A DNA stretch of 63,947 nucleotides, counting the filler. It is 6 parts of 6 records of this genome, joined end to end, with 100 filler letters (N's around TTAATTAATTAA, not from the genome) between each part and the next. Parts side by side here need not be neighbours in the genome. Positions count along the whole stretch, not along the records: positions 58,078 to 63,947 come from DRR723986_6684; 5 more parts are not named here. One strand, given 5' to 3'. The notes below the pieces were generated by a model that searched no databases, had not been told where the DNA came from, and saw only the letters and a program-made list of their open reading frames with translations. This document shows, piece after piece, positions 61,875 through 63,947 of the stretch; the stretch's first letter is position 1; the number at the start of each line of letters is the position of its first letter. Made by a program: the position numbers and the translations under genes.

Positions 61875-63060
61875 TGTTTTCCAGCATTTCGAGGATGAGC
61901 CGTTCGTGCGAGTGGTCGCGCATGCTGACTGTGCGCGGCGGCCGGATCGTCACAGGGACCACGATTTCGCTGTCGTCCACCTCGATGGTTACATCAATCT
62001 TTGCATGCACGATCCGAAGGTCATCGATATCGATCTCCGACGCAACGGCTTTGAGCCGCTTCAGCGCGTTCTCGGAATCACCAAGCGTCAGGAACCATGG
62101 CGACCGCCTCAGCCGACCGGTAGTGGTAATTTGGGCCTCGTCGACGCGCACCTCGCGCAGGGCGACATGGGTGATGTCACCTTCGGGATCGAAATGAAAC
62201 TTGAACGCCGCGCCTTGCCTTTGCAGCGGTTCGAGCGTGTAAAGCTGTTCTTTCGCCGAGGCCTCGAAGATGTCCTCGTCCCCCAGAACGTGGCCACCGA
62301 AGAGCTTGAGCAGTTTCTTGGCATCGGTCGCAGATTTTGAGCCGATGGCGATTGCCCCCAGTCGCGGGTCGTATTCTATGGTCGACTGGACGATTTCCCG
62401 GAACTTCAGGGTGTCTTCCGTCCCTGCCTGATCGACGTTCTTCGTTTCGGGCTTGGAACCGTGCAGGATCAACACTCGAAGCAAGTCCTCTTCCTCGAAC
62501 CACCGCACATCGCAATAATGGCCGTTGTATCGTGTCGCGAAGTGCGATCGCACGGCATCTGCGAACGCGTCTTGCACGCCTGTCTCTTGATGCCGCGGCG
62601 CAACGTCCTCGCGGTCGGCATCACGCTCGAGCTTGGTCGAATGGGCAAGGAAGGCTGCCGCGCTCAACGCTCTGTCGAAAAGCCCACGGTGATCCAGCCA
62701 AGTGGACAGGGCGATGAAACGCGGCGTGAAGCGAAGATCGTCAGGGCTACCCTCGATCCTATGGGCTTCCAGAACGTCAACGCCGGTTTCTGACGCGATC
62801 TCCTGAATGATCCGGGCGCCGGCCTCCGTGGACAGCGTGGAAATGTTGTAAAGCGCAAATTGAAGCTTTGCCGGGAATTTCAAGTCGGCCTTGACGAACA
62901 GGCTGAATAATACCTCGCGCTTCTTTTTTTCGTCCTCGGGAAGCGCATCCCACTCCAATCCGATCTGCCCGAGATATGGGGCCAGAAAACGGTGAAGCAT
63001 TTCCAGATCGACGGTTCTCGCAAAAGCGCGGTCGACGAAATTCCTGATCCTTTTGGACAT
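61822..63060 (-). CDS. Uncharacterised 412-aa element protein
   Basis: Long ORF, GGAGG RBS before ATG 63060, 53-nt overlap with the winged-helix gene. Confidence 0.8.
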   Translation of the reverse strand: MSKRIRNFVDRAFARTVDLEMLHRFLAPYLGQIGLEWDALPEDEKKKREVLFSLFVKADLKFPAKLQFALYNISTLSTEAGARIIQEIASETGVDVLEAHRIEGSPDDLRFTPRFIALSTWLDHRGLFDRALSAAAFLAHSTKLERDADREDVAPRHQETGVQDAFADAVRSHFATRYNGHYCDVRWFEEEDLLRVLILHGSKPETKNVDQAGTEDTLKFREIVQSTIEYDPRLGAIAIGSKSATDAKKLLKLFGGHVLGDEDIFEASAKEQLYTLEPLQRQGAAFKFHFDPEGDITHVALREVRVDEAQITTTGRLRRSPWFLTLGDSENALKRLKAVASEIDIDDLRIVHAKIDVTIEVDDSEIVVPVTIRPPRTVSMRDHSHERLILEMLENNDIRKRRRTDQAAAAAE

Positions 63061-63202
63061 GTGTTTTTCCTCCGATCCAGAGCCCTGCATTCCGAATGAA
63101 GAACACGGCCCCGGAGCCGCCAGTCGAGACACGCTCACGCAAAATATGACGCGGGGGGCCGACGGGCGCGTAACGCCGATTCGCCTCGGGAAGAGGAGCT
63201 TC

Positions 63203-63217
63203 GTTCTTATTATGTTC
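63203..63217. promoter_or_regulatory. Alphaproteobacterial LexA (SOS) box
   Basis: GTTC-TTATTAT-GTTC is an exact GTTC-N7-GTTC; it overlaps a possible minus-strand TTGATC-N17-TAAGAA promoter (63232-63204). Confidence 0.8.
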
Positions 63218-63339
63218 CGGCATTGTGATCAACTGCGAGTCCGATCGCTTTCCCCGTTGTGCCAGGTCCTGGCAATCGCTGGGACAGTCTTGGAACACGG
63301 TGAGTAGAGGCCAAAGGAGAAGACTGCTCAGAGGCCCCC

Positions 63340-63543
63340 ATGAAACGACCCAACCCACTGCCACCGGACAAGATGACCGCCAAGGAACGGCGCGCAGAAA
63401 TGTGCCGCCTTCTGGCGCTTGGCCTGACCCGCCTCCATCATCGTGGTTTTGTGCAACCATCTGTCGTAAATGGAGAAAGTTCCCTACACTATCCGGCCAG
63501 CCAGAGCGTTCATGCAACCCCGACTCACAGGAGGACTGCATGA
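63340..63543 (+). CDS. Small conserved protein preceding DUF2924
   Basis: MKRPNPLPPDKMTAKERRAEMCRLLALGLTRL; ATGA overlap with DUF2924. Confidence 0.75.
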   Translation: MKRPNPLPPDKMTAKERRAEMCRLLALGLTRLHHRGFVQPSVVNGESSLHYPASQSVHATPTHRRTA

Positions 63544-63947
63544 CGACCCATGACCCTATCCCCGCGCGCATCGTCGCGTTGAAAACCACGCCGACGCCAG
63601 CCTTACGCAAACAATGGGCAGAGCTGTTCGGCACCATGCCGCCGCCCTTCAACCGGCGTTATCTGGAAAGCCGGCTGGCCTATCGCATCCAGGAACTGGC
63701 CTATGGCGGCCTGAAACCCGAGACCCTCAAACGGCTGGCGAAGTTGGGCGAGGATCTCGATGGCGGCGAACGCCTGAAAAGCCGCATCCGCGCCGATATC
63801 AAGCCGATCACGGGCACACGGTTGATCCGCGAGTGGCAGGGCGTCGAGCATGTCGTAACGGTGACGGCCGATGGCTACGAATGGCAAGGTCGCCCGTACA
63901 AGTCGCTGTCCGCCATCGCCCGCGCCATCACCGGCACACGCTGGAAC
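63540..63947 (+). CDS. DUF2924 protein, 3'-truncated by the window end
   Basis: Manual translation LRKQWAELFG...LAYRIQELAYGGL...GTRLIREWQG...YKSLSAIARAITGTRWN. Confidence 0.9.
   Translation, partial: MTTHDPIPARIVALKTTPTPALRKQWAELFGTMPPPFNRRYLESRLAYRIQELAYGGLKPETLKRLAKLGEDLDGGERLKSRIRADIKPITGTRLIREWQGVEHVVTVTADGYEWQGRPYKSLSAIARAITGTRWN

Larger units (their letters stand above)
58078..63947. mobile_element. Fragment of an alphaproteobacterial integrative phage-like element / genomic island (DUF2924 type)
   Basis: DUF2924 gene, sigma-like gene, string of closely packed phage-type hypotheticals, no housekeeping genes; the recombinase and att sites are not in the window. Confidence 0.8.

Noticed and set aside
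60879-63060. Two-gene anti-phage defence system reading of the element pair
   Set aside because: No nuclease, NTPase, TIR or SIR2 motifs recognised; the winged helix, repeats and LexA box fit regulation better, though defence is not excluded without a profile search.

Overview
The window is not one locus. It is six contigs joined by 100-nt N spacers carrying TTAATTAATTAA (12996-13095, 19036-19135, 27103-27202, 49368-49467, 57978-58077), so no linkage can be inferred across a spacer. Contig 1 (1-12995, very GC-rich, Rhodobacteraceae-like) has a pyrimidine-catabolism hydrolase with a RutR-type regulator and operator, an OmpA/serine-protease pair, and a general stress response island (phyR, nepR, ecfG, HisKA_2 kinase). 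Seven GGAAC-N16/17-(C/T)GTT promoters are readable there, one of them heading an operon that ends in an amidoligase and a glutamine amidotransferase. Contig 2 (13096-19035, Rhodobacteraceae-like) is etfB, pduO, HIG1-like, SDR, parC and a P450. Contigs 3 and 4 (19136-27102, 27203-49367) look planctomycetal: lepA, M28 peptidase, DUF1592/DUF1552 pair, bioB, Ser/Thr kinase, sulfatase, ABC exporter, glyA, four minor pilins, GT2, ThiF/MoeB and an HTH protein. Contig 5 (49468-57977, Hyphomonas-like) has a tRNA-Ser fragment, thiGS, aroQ-accBC-aat, mlaD, NDUFA12 and an intact but apparently catalytically dead, shortened NrdJ homologue. Contig 6 (58078-63947) is part of an alphaproteobacterial DUF2924-type integrative phage-like element. 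In it a LexA box precedes two uncharacterised genes (one with a winged helix), followed by 11-bp direct repeats and a sigma-like gene, which is a candidate SOS-triggered activation cascade. Taxon and family calls come from motif recognition by eye, not database searches.
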